In this document: piece after piece, positions 21,598-34,593 of the stretch
How positions within the stretch are numbered: the stretch's first letter is position 1
Layout of the letters: each line of letters starts with the position of its first letter
DNA from: Vicugna vicugna
Lineage: Eukaryota
Assembly: GCA_013265495.1 (NCBI GenBank)
Contig: MU061168.1
Coordinates: 62,001-125,708 of the forward strand
Length of the DNA stretch: 63,708 nucleotides
Reading direction: 5' to 3'
Notes under the pieces: generated by a model
Databases searched by the model: none
What the model saw: only the letters and a program-made list of their open reading frames with translations
What the model was told of the DNA's origin: nothing
Program-made: the position numbers and the translations under genes

Positions 21598-24530
21598 TCA
21601 GTGAAGCTATTGTGTATGATACTGTGTTGTGTGCTGGTTTGACATGATTTCAAGTCCACTTGTTTATGACAAAGACCCCAAAAAAGTTGTTTTTAGAAGT
21701 CAAAGGGTTTTTTCAAGAAGTAAAGTTGTGTTGACATAAAAATGAAGTCAGTTATGTCAAGACGTCATCCCGTCATCTACTGTTGCTGATAAGCACTTAG
21801 TAGCTCAGCTGCTGAGGGCCCTGCTGGGGCTTATCAATAAAAACAGACAAAGAAGCAACTATGGAGAAGGAACATTTAGATGGTAAATGCTGAGTTTGTG
21901 AGGAATAGCCAAGAGTTTTGGTCTTTCCGGGAAATTACCCTTTGCTGATCTGCCCTTGGAAGATCTTGAGATGCTCGCTCCTGCTCCTGCTGTGGTCAGG
22001 TGACTCTTCGGTGGGCAGTGGTGTTAATATCAGTCCCAGCAGGAGAGGGGGCACTGGCTCCTGCCCTCATCAAGGTGACTCCTTTACTGGAGGTGGTGAC
22101 AAACCTTGCCAACACTGCCTGCGAAGCTCAGCCAGTCAACCAACACCATCTTTCCCTAGCAATGTGCTCTAGCGACAAAGGACTTTATTTTTGTGCTGGT
22201 ACCTGGACTTCAGCAAAGCCTTCTTGCCAGAGCAATGAAAACGCTAGAAAAGGTAAACCTCCCCTGAATTTGGACTTTGTTCTTTCATTTCCCCTTGCTT
22301 GGGACAACAGCGTAATTAAGCTAGACTTTGTTTGGAGTATGTTATTTACTGGCTTATTAAGAGACATTTTTCTGTGTGCTATTGGCTTATGAAATTATTA
22401 TAATTCTCACAGTGAGCCTGTGTTAAATAGAATATTGGCAAAGACAATCTCAGTCTCTGAGCATAATTTGCCTCCCGCCCCCCAAACAACCCAAAACACA
22501 TGTAATGGCAGCTGTAGGACACTATACATTTGCCAAGACCCATAGAACTTTACAGCGTGAAGAGTAAACCTTAACATTTGCAAATTTTTAAAAAATCATT
22601 TGGGAGATTTACGGAGCCCTAGGATGGAGAGTAGAGTAGAACAAAAGAAGCTGATTGTATGATGCATGCATGGAACAACCTCACTGAAGAGACTGCAGGG
22701 AAGTGTGCTCATCTAAGCAACTTTGGAAATGAGTAGAATCTATAAGACTAAAAGCAATGGGACCTGTACTCCAACACTGGGCTGTAGTTGATAAAGTTGT
22801 TTTGCATGGGGTACAGGTTAACAATTCTGGAAACACTAGACTGGAACTGAACAATTAAGTAAGTGGATGATGGATGGTGGGTGGGAGCCAGGGTTCTCAC
22901 TGTCAGAGTAAAACTTTACGGATAGGCAAAGAAGGAAGCTAGAAAGATCCATGTGGTGGTGCTGGATTATAGCTGAAGACATCGATATCAACTCACATTT
23001 AGCTTCATATAGATTCAGGTGGTTATATATGGAAACGTTTACATCCATGTGTTTACACATGGGTTCATATACACATATATATTCCTCACTCTGTCAGCTA
23101 ACAGGGTCTAGAAGCAATGATTTTCCAGTGCAAATGAGCACACCTGGAACCTATACCTTGGTTTGTACTATTCTCTAGTGAAAAGAATGGGACTCCTTAG
23201 AGAAAAGGCTGATTCTAGGACTGGGACGGGAAATACACCAGATGAGCCTTGAGCATCTTGCAATAAGGAACGGCTTTAAAAACACACATGCACAATGATG
23301 AAGGTATGCAAAAGAGACACAGGAACCAGCTAAAGAACAATGGCCAAGCAAAGCAGTTTGAGCAACAAAATAAATAAAGTAGTAGTATTAGGTTATAAAC
23401 CAAAGTATAAAATAGATATTCATGAGACCACACTGACATCAATAAAACATTAAGATATCACTCACATGTGGAATCTAAAAAAAAAAAAAAAAAAAAAAAA
23501 GGGAAAAAAAAACCAATTAAAATAAAAAAGAAAAAGGTAAAAATAGTAAACAATCTTATGGTTACCAGGGGAAAGCGGGTGGGAAGGGATAAATTTGGGA
23601 GTTTGAGATTTGCAAATGTTAACCACTATATATAAAAATAGATTAAAAAAAAATTTCTTCTGTATAGCACAGGGAACTATATTCAATATCTTATAATAAC
23701 TTTAATGAAAAAGAATATGAAAATGAATATATGTATATATATGCACATGACTGGGACATTATGCTATACACCAGAAATTGACACATTGTAACTGACAGTA
23801 CTCCACTAAAAAAAGAAACAAATATGTACATACCTACATAAATTATAAACAGTGGGTGGACAAATCTGCCATGCAGCATTCTCAATAATTCATGAAGATA
23901 CTCTTTTTTAAGAAAGTGGAGCCTAAGTGCCCACTCTCTAGCTGTGAGCTGCACATAGCAGCTTCCTTCTAAAGAGTCAGGTATAGAAAAGGGGAAAAGA
24001 AAGTAACTTTATAGTGGAGAAACAAGACTGCCTCAGCCAGGTAGTCAAGGTTAACCTCAACAGTAGTAAATCATGTCTATAGTATGTTCATTTTACATGA
24101 TACGATGAGAATAGTACTTTACCCTTCTGGTCTTCCTCCCAATATAATCATGAGAGAAACATCAGACAAAAGCTAACTGAAGGACATTATGCAAAATACC
24201 CAGTAATCCTCAGAATTGTCAAGGTCAGCGGAAACAAGGAAAGTCTGAGAAACTAAGAGGGGTCTAAGGAGACGTGATGACTAAATGTAATGTGATAGGA
24301 TCCTGGAACAGGAAAAGGACATTGAGTAAAATCAAGGAAATCTGAATAATAAGGTACGGACTTTAGTTAATAATAATGTGTTAATATTGATTTATTAATT
24401 GCTATAATTGAACCATACTAATCTAAGATGTAGGCAATAGGAAAAGCTAGAATGGGGTGTATGGAAACTCTGTACCACCTTCACAATTAAAAAAAAAATT
24501 CTGAAATTATTCTGAATTTGAAAAGTTGAC
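21598..24530 (+). mobile_element. L1MC3-like 3' end, split by inserts at 21623-22500 and 23455-23815
   Basis: cagtgaagctattgtgtatgatac | tgtaatggcagc..aagacccatagaactttacagcgtgaagagtaaaccttaac..ggactttagttaataataatg follows the recalled L1MC3 3' consensus colinearly. Confidence 0.8.
23455..23815 (+). mobile_element. Lineage-specific L1 3' UTR fragment
   Basis: gatatcactcacatgtggaatct..tgtatagcacagggaactatattcaatatc..caccagaaattgacacattgtaactgac. Confidence 0.9.
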
Positions 24531-24534
24531 TGAA

Positions 24535-25510
24535 AATTTAGGATGGAAAAAAACTCCATAAATCGTAGCTAAATAAATGCTGTTAACTCACATGATAGCA
24601 AAATACTAATTTCTTTAACACATAAAGAATTCCTACAAAGCTTTAAAAATGTCAGTAACAACACGTGTGGTCCAGGTTTGACTAAATAGTTGGCAGAAAT
24701 TCAACTATAAAGAATTATGAATGTGCAATAATTTGATTGTTATCACTTATAATAGGAAAAATGCAAATTAAACTGTATTAAGATATTATTTTTCACTGAG
24801 AAGGTGGGACACGCCTGATAGCATACTTCGCTGGGGCAAAAGGGCAGGACACAGAACTCCCTTCCCTCTTTGTGAGATTGTAAATCTCAGTGGATGGTGA
24901 TTTGGCAATACATATCAAAATGAGTGGTGCATACACACTTCAACTTAGCACTTTTTGTTTGTTTAGTGTACTGTTTAGGTGCCAATCCTTTTTTTTTTGT
25001 ACTGAGATATAAGTGACGTAACATTGTATTAGATTCAGGTGTGCAATGCAATGATTCCATATTAGCATATACTGTGAAATGATCAGCACATTAAATCCAG
25101 TTGACATGCATCACCACACAGAGTTACAATATTTTTTTTCCTGTGATGAGAGCTTCCAAGATCCACTCCCCTAGCTACTTCCAAATACGCAACACAGTAT
25201 TATTAACTGTAGTCTCCATGCTGTCTGTGCTACATGCCAGCACTGTTTACAACTAGGAATTTATTCCACCAAAATAATAATCTGCATGCACAAAGATATT
25301 CATACAAGGAGAATAACTGCAAAATTGTTCGTGTGCTATCAATTCTTTATTTTAAAACCAGATCTCCCTTATTAGGACACCTGTTAAAGACTCACACATG
25401 TGTAAAATATAAAATGAGATGCACTGTAGCTATTAAAAAACTGACATAACCCTATGGGTGATGACATACAACAATTGCCAAAATGAACTGTCAGGTAAAA
25501 AAGAGCAAAG
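24535..25510 (+). mobile_element. Old L1ME ORF2 3' region fragments
   Basis: aaaatgcaaattaaactgtattaagatatt, gatttggcaatacatatcaaaa, ctaggaatttattcc. Confidence 0.6.
24988..25232 (-). mobile_element. L1MA9-like 3' end fragment
   Basis: tactgagatataagtgacgtaacattgtattagattcaggtgtgcaa..gtattattaactgtagtctccatgctgt. Confidence 0.7.
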
Positions 25511-25609
25511 TTCAAAATATTGTGTGTCTAATAATAATTCTTGTTAGTATACATAACAAAAATTTAAGAGAAAGTGTATTGCTAGAGGAAGAGTTGGGTA
25601 ATTTGAAAA

Positions 25610-27225
25610 GTACAAGCAAAAACAAAAAATGTTCCTAGTAATCAAATATGATTGCAAAAAATAAAAAATTAAATAGCGTTCTGAATAATAAGTGCACAGC
25701 TGAAGACATACTTGCCCCTCTGGCGAATAAGGTTATGTTAATGTCTCATAACATAAGATAAAGTGAAAAATATAATTGAAAGTTCAGGCACTGTAAGACA
25801 AATGTAGCAATTCTACCATTCGTACTGAAGAGGTTTAAAAGAGAAAATTGGGGGAAAATAATAAGAGCAAATTATTAAGGAAGTATTAGAAGAAAATGTC
25901 CTAGAGGCTAAAGAAGAGATTCTTCTAGGCGAAAGATGCGACCAAATCCCAACAGGGATTAATGCAAAAAAGCTCACACGGAGAGAAATTTTAGTGATGT
26001 CTCTGAACTCCCAATAGAAAGAGAAAATCTTAAAACTTCCTAGAGAGAAACAAAGAGATGACTTCAAAAGAAGATTTAAACTGGTCCAGACTTCTCATGT
26101 GCAACAATGGGTTCTAGAAAGCAAAGGAGGAATGCCTTGAAAATTCTGAAGGGAATCATGTGAATCCAGAATCCTTGTCAGCCTAAATGACGGGTCACGT
26201 GTGAGAGTGAAATAAAGGCATGTCAGGCATTTCAAAATTCATAAAGTTTAAATTCCATTCACACATATTTTCTGAAACAAAAATGCTCAAGAATGTATTC
26301 CAGATACCCCCTAAAAAGAAAGAAAAGATGAAAACACGGACTCCCAAAATCAGGTGACTGCTGTATAGCCATCCTAGAATGTAACCAGTCACTTAAAAAC
26401 AGGAGCATGGAGGACCTCCACGAAAAATGTCTGAAATAAAAAAAGATTTCTTTCAATCAACACAATGGCTAAGGCACTTAAAGTTCTTCATATGTGAAAA
26501 GAATCTCAGTTATGATATCTAAGAAAAATGAAAGGCTACCCAAGAAAACATAGTCCTGTCTTAAAAGCAGATTAGAAATGAGGTGCGGTGATGAGCTGAA
26601 AGGAAAGATAAAGCATTTGTCATCTACAGTCTGACCAATCTTCCTTAATATTGAAGGAAAATACACATTTTCGAGGGGAAAAAAATCACAGCATTGGGAT
26701 CTGCATTAAATGATACTTAACACATTCATAATATTTTAAGTGATATTTATTTTTGGAATTAACTTATGGATAAGTGCTAAGAAGATGAAATTATGTTTAC
26801 AGGATAAAAATAAATATTACAAACTTTGATCGTGTAAAAGGTCCAGGGGAGAAATGAGTGTTAAATTCTTTCCCGTCCGTTGTGGGGAGGGAGTAGATAA
26901 TGTCTAAAGTTGAGAATGAAAAAACATAGAGGTTTGATTATATTATGAACAAAGGAACCAATTTTAGAACCTAAAATGAATACTGTCTAAAGTTTGAAGA
27001 ATTACAAGAGGATAAGCAGGTTATTTAGTGATGCAGTGGTAAGTAATCATCAAACATGCTAAAGACAGGAGAGCTTATGAGTGGCTGACCCAGGGGAGAG
27101 GGATTTGTGTATTTCGGGTGAAGGAGGACCACTAGGGTTATCACTTTCCATAGAGGACTCTGCTGTACAATTTGAAATTGTTTAACAATGTGCATGTTTG
27201 ACTCCGCAATAAAAAAAAGTGAAAT
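25610..27225 (+). mobile_element. HAL1 (half-L1) ORF1-like region and 3' UTR
   Basis: ORF1-like A-rich tract (gaagtattagaagaaaatgtcctagag, aaaatcttaaaacttcctagagagaaa, aatgccttgaaaattctgaaggg) and HAL1-type 3' UTR (agataatgtctaaagttgagaatg). Confidence 0.65.
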
Positions 27226-27349
27226 AGATTTTCAACCAATGATCAGGGAACAATTAGAAAGTAAACCTGTGATCAATTAGAGCCCTCACAGATTGTTTTA
27301 AAAATCCCTTTCATGTGGTCTTATGAAAACTGCAGTGGAAAACCAGTAT

Positions 27350-27480
27350 TCTAGTCCTGGGTGTGCTGAAAACTCGCTTTGTCCAGGTCATTCCTCTCTG
27401 GGATCTCAGGTTCCCCACCAACCAAATGGAGGCTTTGGCATAACAATGTCTAGGTTCTTTTCAGCTCTAACTTTCTAACA
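27350..27480 (+). mobile_element. MIR fragment
   Basis: aggtcattcctctctgggatctcaggttccccaccaaccaaatgg..ctaaggttcttttcagctctaac-type MIR 3' part. Confidence 0.5.
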
Positions 27481-28077
27481 TTCTAATTTGAACTTCATTT
27501 ATTTCACATTGGATAAGCTCACTGGCTTGATGGATTAAGGACACCCCACAGACATGTGTTTTTGAACTAGCAGGCATCTGTATCTGGTTAGTCTTTCAAG
27601 ATTAGCCATGAGGTAGATGGAGCACTGGCTGGGAGGCAGGCCAGCTTCTGGTTGAACAGCGGCTTCTGATGGGTAGGGTCATGCGCTCATGGCAACGTGG
27701 AAGGCAAGCAGGGCATCTAGCCCTGATTTAATTGACAGGGTTATCAATGTATCCACATGGGACCTGCAGAGAGAGATACTTAGGATTCATTTTGTAGAAA
27801 GACTGTCACCAAAAGCACAAAGAAGGAGTTTGCAGCAGTAGATGCTAGACTCCAGTACTGAGTTTCTGAGTGGAAGGAAGGGGAGAGGGGGTGAGGGCAG
27901 CTTTGGCATCCTGTATGCGGGAAGGACTGATTCTGAAGGAAGAGGAGAGGAGCGAGAACGTCTCACCTGCTCACTCATCCTCAAGGTCAGATGGACCCAG
28001 ATATGGACACAGTGGGCAGTGGGTAGTAGGGCTGTGTTGTACTCCCAGGGGCACTGAGAGAAACAGAGAGACTTGAC

Positions 28078-28862
28078 TGTGGTATGATACTGTGATTTAT
28101 AATAAGAAATATGTATTTGGTCTTCATTCCCATTCCTGCCACAGAGCTCCTAAACCCTTGGAATTTCCTGTGATGAGAGCAATAAAGTTGTCTTTTGCTA
28201 TGTTAATGAGGTGACTTTTGGAAAACACTTAAGGATGGGGGCTGGTTGCCAGGAGAACCAACCATGGGCTTAGAGAGTTGAAACTTTCAATCTTATCTTC
28301 CTGGCCTCTGGGGAAGAGAAAGAGACTGGAGGTTGAATCAATCACCAATGGTCAATAAGTTAAACAATCATGTCTCTGCAATGACACCTCCATAAAAACC
28401 AGAAAGGTGAGGTTTGGAGAGCTTCCAAGTTACTGAACACGTGGAGGTGCCGGGAGAGTGGCTAGCTAGGAATTAGCATGGAAGCCCCATGCCCTTTCCC
28501 CAGACCCCATCCCATGCCTCTCTTTCATCCAGCTGTTCCTAAGATATGCCCTTTTATAATAAACTGGTAATCTAGTAAGTAAAATGTTTCTCTGAGCTCT
28601 GTGAGCTGCTCTAGAAAATTAAGGGAACCCAAGGAGAGGGCTGTTGAAACCTCCCATCTATAGCCTGTCCTTCAGAACAACAGGTGACAACTTGGACTTG
28701 CTATTGGCATCTGAAGGTGGAAGAGGCAGTCTTGTAAGTCTTGTAAGCCCTTAACTTGTAGAACCTGACAATCTCTTCAGACAGGTAGTGTCTGAGTTGA
28801 GTTGAGTTGTAGGACACTCAGCTGGTATCAGAGAATTGCTTGGTGTGGGGAAACCCCACACA
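28078..28862 (+). mobile_element. MER21-family solo LTR (ERVL class)
   Basis: tgtggtatgatactgtgatttataataagaaatatgtatttggtc..cacagagctcctaaacccttggaatttcctg..gaattgcttggtgtggggaaaccccacaca is a full-length colinear match to recalled MER21. Confidence 0.85.
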
Positions 28863-28895
28863 TGGAAATCAGGTGCAGAATCTGAGATGACCTCA

Positions 28896-29375
28896 CATAT
28901 TAGTTTCCTGATGCTGCCATAAGAAAGTATGTCAAACTGGGTGGCTTAAAGAATAGGAACATATTGGCTCCCACTTCCAGAAGTGGGAGTCTGAGATCAA
29001 GGTGTCAGCGGGGTGCCTCCTTCTGAGGCTGTGAAGAAAAGTCTGTTTCATGCTTCTCTGCCAGCTTCTGGTGGCTTGCTGGCCATGTTTGGCATCCCTT
29101 AGCTTTTAGAAGCATCTGCCCGATCTCTGCCTTCAGGGTCATGTGGTGCTCTCCCTGTGTATGTGTGTGTCTACATGCCTAAATTCTCGTTTTTCAGGGA
29201 CACTAGTCATGTCGGATCAGGGGCCCACCCTACTCCACTGTGATCTCATCTTAACCAATCACATCTGCAATGACTCTATTTTCAAACATGGTGGCATTCT
29301 GAGATGCTGGGTCATGACAGGTGGGTTAGGACTTCAACAAGTGAATTTTGAAGGGATACAATTCAACTCACAACA
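28896..29375 (-). mobile_element. MLT1C/D-like MaLR solo LTR
   Basis: tattagtttcctgatgctgccataag..aaactgggtggcttaaa..ttaggacttcaaca..gggatacaattcaactcacaaca. Confidence 0.85.
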
Positions 29376-29669
29376 ACTCATAATAAAGCTGTAGATCAGA
29401 GCACTTTCTGCTCCACAGTATGGGAACTTTTGGAGAAAAGAATGTTAAGTCTAGCCAAGAAGTGTGGTTTCCACCTCCTTACCTGCCATGTAGGTGATGG
29501 TAGGAGGCAAGTGACTTAAAGGCAGGAATGGGTGAGCACAGCTCAAGTGGATGGTGGGGAGACACAAAGAAAGGAGAGGGTAGCCACAGCAGCTAGAGGA
29601 GGGTGGGTAACTATTGTCAGGACACACAAGCCAGCATGGGAGAGGCTGATCTCCTATCTGGTCAGTTAT

Positions 29670-30085
29670 TACTATAATTATGCTATATGTTTTAAATACT
29701 CCCCCAGTTACATTTCTTTTTCTCTATCATGATTCCATGGGTTGATGAAAGAATGGGGATTTCTGCCTTGGGCTATGGACCAGGTTGACATCTGCTCCAA
29801 GGGCTCTCAAATCTGGGACCAACAGCTACTGAGGGCAGGTAGATGGTGGGCCACAGGAGCACAAGTGGCCAACCAAACCACACAGACAATGCCTCTGCTC
29901 ATGCCACACCAGGTAATATCATATTGGCATAGCAAGTCACAAGGTCAAATCCAATGTCAATAGATCAGACACACATACAGTGCTTACTCTACTGGGGCTA
30001 CTAGAAAATGTCGCAGCAAAAGGAACGAGTGTATTGTCTCTTTCAGGAAGACAGTGAGAAGGTGGAAACAATATCCAATCTATAA
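29670..30085 (-). mobile_element. Old MLT1-type LTR fragment
   Basis: tcagttattactataattatgcta..cattggcatagcaagtcacaaggtcaaatccaatgtcaat..ggaaacaatatccaatcta. Confidence 0.5.
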
Positions 30086-30339
30086 AACTCCAACTTTCAT
30101 TTATTTTTTAATGATGAAATTAACCCATGCTCATTGTTAAACATTTGGAAAATATGAGGAAACCCCCCACCATTTGGCAACATCCATTGCTAATATTTGG
30201 CATGTATTTGGTATATTTCAGTCTTCTTGATGGCCGCGTCAACCATCCCTGCGCCTCCCTCACCCCAGCCCTGTAGCTGGTCCCTTAAGCCTGGAAATTC
30301 AGGGGATACGCATTAGACCTATGAAGGAGAAAGCGTCTA

Positions 30340-30810
30340 CCCTTTAGATTCAGAAGTAAAAAAAGATTTAATTCACCCAAATGCTAGAACACAACCAGAT
30401 ACATGAAACTCAGTAAGAAGACATAAAATATCCTACATTTGGGTGAGAAAAAAAAAACACACAAGATGGAGAGATGAAAACTTAATAACACTTCATGTGT
30501 GAAAGATATGGGGTGTTCCAATTCATCATAAATAAAACAGGAGCCAATCACAAGGCTGTTTAACAGATGTAGCCAAGCTAAGTGGATCGTGTGCGTATTA
30601 CATGTGTACCTGCGTGTGTGTGTGTGTGTGTGTGTGTGTTCTTTACTTTAAATGAAGAACACATTTTTGGGAAGATATACAAGAAACTGCTAACAGTGAT
30701 TATCTCAAATTGGAGAAGGGTTACTGGGGAGAGAGCTCTTTACTGTTTATTTAATATTCTTTTGTGGGTATGAATTTATTTTTAACATGACTGTATATTA
30801 TTTTTGTATT
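30340..30810 (+). mobile_element. L1ME4-like 3' fragments
   Basis: gggaagatatacaagaaactgctaacagtgattatctc..tttttaacatgactgtatatta. Confidence 0.5.
30614..30639. repeat. (GT)13 microsatellite
   Basis: Read directly. Confidence 0.95.
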
Positions 30811-31029
30811 GTAAACATTGTTTAAACTGAAAGAAAATGTGAGAGAGGTGGTAGAAACCCTGTTGGGGCTGGATAAAGCTGTGTTCCTTTTGGAGCATGC
30901 TGCTTTTTATTGTCTTTATTACAATAACACAATATGACAGCATTGGAGCCTACCCAGTACGTATCCTCACAGCTGCTGTCGTAGCTTATACACGATTCTG
31001 TACCTTTGGCTTCATGCTCCAACTTTAGC

Positions 31030-31250
31030 AGTGGTCAGGCACGGTTCCTTTGGAATTAAACTCCCTGGGCTCTAGCTGTGTGACTGTGGGCAAGTTACTC
31101 AACCTGTCTGGGTCTCTTTCCCCACTTTTAAAATAAGGATAACACTAATATCTTCTTTGTGGGGTTGTGGTGACGATTCAAGGAGGTGATCACTACTATG
31201 CTTTAAACAGAGTCTGGGGTGTGGTCAATACTCTGTTTAAATGTTATTAT
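31030..31250 (+). mobile_element. MIR
   Basis: ctagctgtgtgactgtgggcaagttactcaacctgtctgggtctctttccccacttttaaaataaggataac is the MIR core. Confidence 0.7.
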
Positions 31251-31414
31251 CACAAGCATTTCCTCAGGTTGCTATGTAGTTTCTATATAGTTCCTATACA
31301 TAATATCTCATAGCCTAAATATGTCATCGTTTAATTAATCTTTCTATTGTTTGGCATAGAGGTTACATACTAATTTGTGTCTGTTTCTACAAAAAATGCT
31401 ATAAGCTAGTGCTT

Positions 31415-31570
31415 CCAGTATTTCTCAAACTTTAATGTGTATATAAATCACCTAGAGAACCTGTTAAAATTCAGATTCTAATTCAGAAGATCCGGATGTG
31501 ACCTGGGATTCTGTGTGTCTAGCTGGCTTCCCGGGGTTGCTGTCGGTCCATGGACCGCACTTTGAGTAGC
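31415..31570 (-). mobile_element. MER5A-like hAT MITE
   Basis: cagtatttctcaaactttaatgtgtatataaatcacct..gttaaaattcagattct..ggaccgcactttgagtagca. Confidence 0.7.
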
Positions 31571-31659
31571 AACTGGTAAACATTTCGTGAAAACAGGAGG
31601 ATTAATAAGGGTTTAGAGACAGTCCTTGGAGAAATCAGGAGTAACTTGCCTGGATCTTT

Positions 31660-31815
31660 TAGATGTTATGACTCTTGAATGCCTTCAAATACTTGGAAGA
31701 CTGTCATACAAAGGAGAAGCCCGGTTTTCTAGAACTTCAGAATTGAGACTAACGGGTAGAAATCTTAGGGAGGAACATCTTGCGTCAACTTAAGGAAGAA
31801 CTTTCTTATGGGTCC
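31660..31815 (+). mobile_element. L3/CR1 (or MIR3) 3' tail fragment
   Basis: gccttcaaatacttggaagactgtcat..gggtagaaatcttagggagg..caacttaaggaagaactttctta matches the L3 3' end. Confidence 0.6.
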
Positions 31816-34182
31816 TGTTGATCCCCACAGCTCTAGGAGTTTGTGAATGAACATTGGCTTGGCCAGTGAGCACGGAGAAAAAGCTGGTCTCCTTTAGCAA
31901 AGCCAAGGGTGGTGGGGATGATGCCCCACGTGCAGTGACGGTTCAGAGGCAACCTTCCCTGAGGCACATCAGGTGGCGGCAAGTGTCAGGATGTGGTGAC
32001 AGGGGAACCCTGGGGTCCCCACTGTATATCCCAAGTTGCTCTGGGTCTTACTGGGCCTCCTTCTGCCAGAGCAGGTGTAGTGAGACCCCGCTTTGTGGCT
32101 GGATGGTTCTGCCTGTGAGTGCTCCTCGTGCCAGACTCTTCAAATCTGCCTGCAGTTGCACGGCTTGCTAACTCGTTTCCTGGCTCTTGGTCTGTCCATG
32201 AACTTGCAGCCTGCAGACTGCCAAGGCAGCAGACTTCAGTGACAGATTTGTGCTCACCACGTGGCCAGGAAGGATCTGGGCATGTCCTTCAGTGGGATGT
32301 AGACATCTCATCGTCCCGCTGGCAGAAGTCAGCGGCACCTAAGTTCCCTCCTCTCCTGAAGTGGTGGGCCTGGCTCTGCACCCACTGAGCAAGAACAGCT
32401 GTGTATCTGTGGGAAAGGAAGTGCACCAGATTCCCTGTCCCAGTTCTGCTTGGAAGCGGAGTATCATCAGGGTCCTCAGGCGACTTCTGAAGGACAAAGG
32501 AAAGAGGGGGATGCATGCAGGGAATAAGCAGGGCAGCCCAAGCTCTAATTAGAGCAGGGCCCATGAAGCCAGCGGGGGAAGAGGTGTTCTAGAGTCACAG
32601 AGTCTGACCTGGGGGAAGGGTTGTCCGCAGGAGGGACCCTCTGCCAGTGACATCCTACAGCAGGACCACTTTTGTCTTGAGACACAGTTCTCTGCCCAAT
32701 GCAGACCCACCTTTCCCTTCTTCTCAACACAGAACAAAACCTACCAGGCAGAGCCTTTTCCTCTCCTGTCAGTCATATTTGCTAAGTACTGGATACAAGG
32801 CTAGTGAGATGTGCTGCAGAATTAGACTAATTCCGTTCAAGACTAATATCCTTCTGTGCACTACCTAAGAGGGTGAATGAGAATGCAAAAGAGCACACTG
32901 CTTGTGGTTGACGGACGCTGCTGTGACTGACAGAGAAACAAGAAAGCATGAAGCAACACCCCGCACCATCGGCCCTGCCCCGGGTTGGTGTGGGCAAGGT
33001 GGCCTGTCTTCCATGTGTTTATCTTCCAGTGGTGACTCTGAGAGCAGATATTTGATATTTATCTGTTTGTCGTGCACCCCCAGGGTGTAGTTCCAGCCCC
33101 ATACGAAGAGCTGGTGCTCAGTAAAATCTTGAGTGACTGTGTCTCTGGATGAAAGACAAGGGCAAGGAAGAGCCGGGAAGGAGGGAGAAGAAAAGCAGTG
33201 TGGACTCCTCAGCGCAGAGACTGGCACGTGGTGTGTGCCCACCCCTCGTAACAGGAGACCATCTCATTGGGTGAGCCTTCTTTTTCATTTCCATCTGAGA
33301 AATGATGGTTCTTTTCCTCAAGGCCAAAGACAGGAACATTAAATGTATCAGCAGAAGGTATTTCCTGAATGCAGTGTCTTCTCCCCTGTGCTCAATAAGG
33401 TCAAATTATACAAAGCTCTCAGCTCAAAGCTACTCACCTGGACATAACTGATACCCTTGGAACAGGAGAGGCTCCTGAGGAATGCGTGTTTAATGAATGG
33501 ATATGAAGCACCAATAACAATGATACATAACATGGGAAACTTCTGTTTGGTTTATTTCACAAGCTGGAGGAGAAAGAGGTGAGGAGACAAGGAAAAAAGA
33601 AAGGAGAGGCAAGTGATCCCTAATTCAGCCTGAAGGAGTTTGGAGCTGAGCTTGCATGTTTGAGGGGCTGGCTGGGTGGAAGTCTAGCTCGAATCTTGGT
33701 GGTGGACGCACACGGCTGGGGGATGGGCGGGATGGGGGCTCCCCGGTCTCCACTGCATGTCCTCACTCACTGTCAGGTTCTCCGTCCTCCCTGGCCTTGC
33801 TCTGATCTCCCCCTCTTTGATTATCTTACAAACATGCTTATTAGACAATTAAATGCTTAATTTGGATAAAAGACGAGAGAGTGTGAAAATGATAGTTCAC
33901 ATTCACATCTAATTAGGGTTGAGTGGGACAGGTGGCATAAGGTCCAACTTGGATGCATAAAGAGAGTGAAACTGGAGCTGCAAAGCCAAACTCTTTGTTG
34001 AAATGGGGAGGGAAATGGGTGCCAGCCTGATCCTCCCACTGTCTGACAGCGACTTTAATTTATTGTCTCTCTACCTCTCTCAACACAGACATTCACTTTA
34101 TACTATTGTTTTCTTTAACAGGAAGTTCACAAAGCCCTTTAAGTCACACAACTTATGGTAGAATTCAAGGCATCTCCAAGGA

Positions 34183-34593
34183 CCTGGAGATCGTCAAAGT
34201 GAAGTCAGCCAGGAAGAGAAAGAAAAATGCCATATGATATCACTTATGTGTGGAATCTAAAAAAAAAAAAGACACAAATGAACTTATTTACAAAACAGAA
34301 ACAGACTCATAGAGATAGAAAACAAACTTGTTTGGTTACAGAGAAGGAAATGAGGTTGGGAAGGGATGAAATGGGAGTTCGCAATTTGCAGATACTAACT
34401 ACCATATAAAATAAATAAACAACAAGTTTCTACTGTAGAGCACAGGGAACTCTATTCAATACCTTGTAGTAGCCTATAATGAAAAAGAAGATGAAAGCAA
34501 ATATATGTGTGTGTATGTATGACTGAGACATTATGCTGTACACCAGAAATTGACACAACATTGTCAACTGACAATACTTCAATTTAAAAAAAA
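34183..34593 (+). mobile_element. 5'-truncated lineage-specific L1 with TSD
   Basis: L1 3' UTR through the poly(A). TSD aaggcatctccaagga (34167-34182) / aagacatctccaagga (34594-34609). Confidence 0.92.

Noticed and set aside
32289-32338. Possible terminal coding exon (minus strand, ..AADFCQRDDEMSTSH*)
   Set aside because: Purine-rich acceptor context, no recognised protein C-terminus and no upstream exons found.
32542-32555. Perfect 14-bp palindrome GCTCTAATTAGAGC
   Set aside because: About four palindromes of this length are expected by chance in 64 kb (4^-7 x 63.7 kb).
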